Source of the DNA: Aplysia californica
Lineage: Eukaryota
NCBI RefSeq assembly: GCF_000002075.1
Contig: NW_004797289.1
Coordinates: 318,691-382,690 of the forward strand
Direction: 5' to 3'
DNA: 64,000 nt
Shown here: piece after piece, positions 61,028 to 64,000 of the stretch
Numbering within the stretch: position 1 is the stretch's first letter
Layout: each line of letters starts with the position of its first letter
The notes under the pieces: generated by a model
Seen by the model: only the letters and a program-made list of their open reading frames with translations
The model's database searches: none
What the model was told of the DNA's origin: nothing
Position numbers and translations under genes: made by a program

Positions 61028-61667
61028 CTAAGAAAATGAGAGAAAAGAAAAAGCAAAAAAAAAAGTTACTACTTTCACTTTGCCTAATGGGAGGAATTTC
61101 ATTAAGATTGCTTTTATAATATACTGATAAAATTATCTACAGATTACACTAATACACACAATAGCCACAAATGTGGACAATATTGCTATAGATGGTTGTC
61201 ACAGTGCAGCGCCCTGTACCTCAGCATAGGTGATTGTGTATTGCTCAAGGACACACCTCTGGGATCACCCACCTAACAGCCACATAATTGGCATTGCTTG
61301 ACATTATTTGCAAGCCTGGGCACAGTAACCATTTGACCACTGACCAAGTCAACAAGCTACACAACGGGAAAAGAATAAGAATGGGGATAAAAGTCTAGCA
61401 GACATAAAACAGGAAAGGAAGAACAACACATGTACAACATTTCTCCATGGTTCACAAACTCGACCGAAAGCATTGTCTCTTGAGCAAACAGAACACAAAG
61501 ATGTGGTCAAATTGACAGAAACACCCATGAAAGTCTAGCAAATCAACTAATGCCAAATGCATAATTCAAAGATTAGAGAATCGGAGTAATGGAAATTATG
61601 AAAATGAATGAAACAGTGGTGACACAATAATACACAAAGACAAGCACAATGAGAGAAAGTGACTCAC

Positions 61668-61784
61668 CGATTGACAAAGCTGCTAGGTAGAGACGGGGGC
61701 ATCTGTGGCACAGGGGCCACAATGGTGCTGTCTGGGCATGATCGGGACATCATGTTCTTGGGCTGGTTATGCACACGCTGTAGC
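61668..61784 (-). CDS. VPS13D: VPS13D exon (..MMSRSCPDSTIVAPVPQMPPSLPSSF..)
   Basis: ctcag| ... |gtgagt, 117 nt, phase 2. Confidence 0.88.
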
Positions 61785-62137
61785 CTGAGCAATGGGGAGC
61801 AGAGACAGTTTTATAGACACAAACCTCGTTCCAATGGGAAAACCCAGCAGGTACAGGAAATCTGATTTACTTGGATAAATTCAGTTGCTGTCTTACTATA
61901 AATTTTGATGGGAAATTAAGATAGCAGTAATAATTCAATTCTCTTCTTAGAAAATTTTTAAGTTGTGGAGTGAACAGTTTGGGTAATCCAGCACACAAGT
62001 TTCTATAGAAACATATAAGTGGATATGGTAAGAACAAAAGTAGAACACATAAAGATATCTAATATATTACTGCCTGATTCAAACAAGATGGCTTGAGTTC
62101 ATTTCAATCACACTACACACACACAACAACGACTTAC

Positions 62138-63108
62138 ATGTCTTTATTCTTGGAAGCCCGAGACACAATGATCTGCCTGTGTTTAGAATCCGGTGGCTCC
62201 AGCAAGTCATCCATCTGTAAAGAGTTGAGGTGGAGCATAATCCTGGTGCTGGCCTTGTCGTTTTTCTCGTAGCGCACGGAGAAGTCGTAGAGCTTGAGGT
62301 CCACCAAACCCTGCTCTCCCTCACCAAAATCTCCACGGAGCTCCACCTCAAACAGAGGAACTTCAAACCGCACATGCTTGGCCAGGAAACTTTCATTCAC
62401 ACTAGTCGAGTCTTGATCTGGTCCCGATGTCGAGCTCTGTCGGTGGTCTAGAGGACTGGCGGCACGCTGCTCTGTCTTTGATTGTCCAGGATCAAGATGG
62501 AAAGGGACATTAATCACAATATCTGGAGAAGCCGGCCGCAAGACTTTTGACGTTTCTGCATCATAGGTGAGATTGTCTGTTGTCTGAAGGATTTGCTCAT
62601 AAACTTCTTTGGACAGTCCCAGTTTGACTTGGGAGGGGATTTTGGCTTTTACGTCGAGCACTGAGGAAGCAATGCTGTTCGTTGAGTCTGGAGGCCCACA
62701 GGAATCGACACTACCTTTTCTCTGCTTCTGAGGTGAGCTTTGACCGAGATTGCGCGGCATTCCTTCGATGCCAGATGAAACATCTGGGTTGATATAGGGC
62801 ACATCTACATCCCGTTTACCCAGGGCCAACTCCACACATGTGTCGTACAAGATTGGGATCCCAAAGTCCTGGGTCAGCTCGGACAGACCTGGACTACACA
62901 GACCCTCTGCTCTCAGCCTGGCCGACTGCTGACCTTGACCCTTGCTCAGGTCCACGGAGTACAAGTTCATGTTGGTCAGGGAGAGAGAGACCAGCTCTTC
63001 CATGGGGTCACTTGATGCATTGAAGTCAGTATTACTCTCGCTGTCGCCACGGCGACGAGACGGGCTTGAGTTACTCACAACAATCTCTCCGAGGTGAGCC
63101 AACAATAC
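62138..63108 (-). CDS. VPS13D: VPS13D large exon (VLLAHLGEIVV..KEVYEQILQTTDNL..SLQMDDLL..)
   Basis: 971-nt open exon, tttgcag| ... |gtaag; matches ORF 62134..63114. Confidence 0.94.
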
Positions 63109-63749
63109 CTGCAAAACAAAAACAAATCACACCTGTTTTATGCTTCTATCCACACAGTTTAGATCATTAAGGTGATGGCAACAAGACAAGTTGAGATGTT
63201 CTTTATGGAGAGCCAGCGAGACAACAGTCACATTTCCTTGAGAAATAAATTGGATAACAACAGCATGGACATGTAACAGAAAGTGAAGACCATATAAGGA
63301 CACCCATTAACCACTCACAGTAAAAAAAACCCCTCTTGTTCTAAGTTTCAAAGACATGGCAATCGACATGATGACAACATGGTGAACAACATAGTGGATC
63401 TTTTGTGACAGGGACAAAATGTCTGTACAGTGATACTGCTACAAATTTAATCATAATTATGCGTTTACAGAAAATACAACAAAAACATTTACAAATCTAC
63501 TTCTTTGTTTTAGTCGAAGTTTTACGGCAATTGCAGTTCAATTAGGTAATACAAATGCCGGTGATTAAAGGTGATACTTCATTACAAGTGGGCATTTTAG
63601 TTTTTGGGGGGATTTGCTCAATTTTTTGTGGACAGCTTCATTACTGTTAAATGTTTAACTTTTTCATTCATTCACCAATTTGTGCCATTTCACTGTCAGT
63701 GAGTGTAACTTCTTTGATGTATTCAGATGTTTGTGGACTATTTCATTAC

Positions 63750-64000
63750 CTGTGGGCTGTTGGGAGTGCGAGGCACAACTAGTATTGGTGATTCCATTCG
63801 GGCGTTGATGATGATTATTCGCTTACCAGCCTCGTGGGCTGGGCTGGGAAACTGTTGTTGACCTATAGGTAGACTCGTCATGTCTTCCAAGAGAATACTC
63901 TCCGTGATATCCCCTAGAGACTGGTCTCTCCGCATGGAAAACTTTCCTCGCAAGTCTTCTTCCATCGGCGTGGTGAGATCAGAATGAGCACGGGTGCCGG
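63750..64000 (-). CDS. VPS13D: VPS13D exon, 5' part outside window (..IIINARMESPILVVPRTPNSPQ)
   Basis: open frame to |gtaat donor at 63749, phase 0. Confidence 0.88.

Larger units (their letters stand above)
23..64000 (-). other. VPS13D: Multi-exon gene for VPS13D-like lipid transfer protein (internal part; 47 exons traced, both ends outside window)
   Basis: Manually spliced exons keep phase across all GT-AG junctions. Translation shows VPS13-family motifs (ASPILLFP..ADLGNL, YYNRKLSGWEPCLEPW, FWLVNKSGLPLVF, WSGGFHID, PPPFRIDNLS, YAWDEP, GVGLSLVN) plus a UBA domain and a KRSQLWRMTG ricin-B-like segment, which are characteristic of the D paralogue. Confidence 0.95.

Overview
This is AT-rich metazoan genomic DNA, most likely an invertebrate such as a mollusc (inferred from repeat style, not proven), with four N gaps (2601-3397, 5730-5940, 22676-22928, 36574-36771). 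The whole window lies inside one large minus-strand gene, a VPS13D-type lipid-transfer protein. I traced 47 GT-AG-bounded coding exons by hand, in continuous phase from 64000 down to 23. They include the VPS13D-diagnostic UBA domain, the VAB/SHR-BD repeats, the ricin-B-like segment and the start of the C-terminal region. Both gene ends lie outside the window, and one expected exon probably lies in the 2601-3397 gap. The introns carry about 17 copies of a ~175-bp TSD-flanked retroposon (all in one orientation), tRNA-SINEs, L2/RTE ends, TTAA- and TA-flanked MITEs, piggyBac relics and nested insertions. Three observations stand out. (1) A 2.2-kb Chapaev/Transib (RAG1-related) transposon relic at 33988-36193 has a 4-bp TSD and bipartite ends: a CAC(A/G)GCG heptamer plus a 17-bp block whose spacing differs by exactly 10 bp between ends, recalling RSS 12/23 asymmetry. 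(2) A 12-copy tandem array of an exon end plus its GTAAGT donor sits at 40939-41421, and further splice-site-spanning duplications occur elsewhere in the gene. (3) The retroposon has two subfamilies differing by compensatory changes in a 3' hairpin, and shows complete strand bias.
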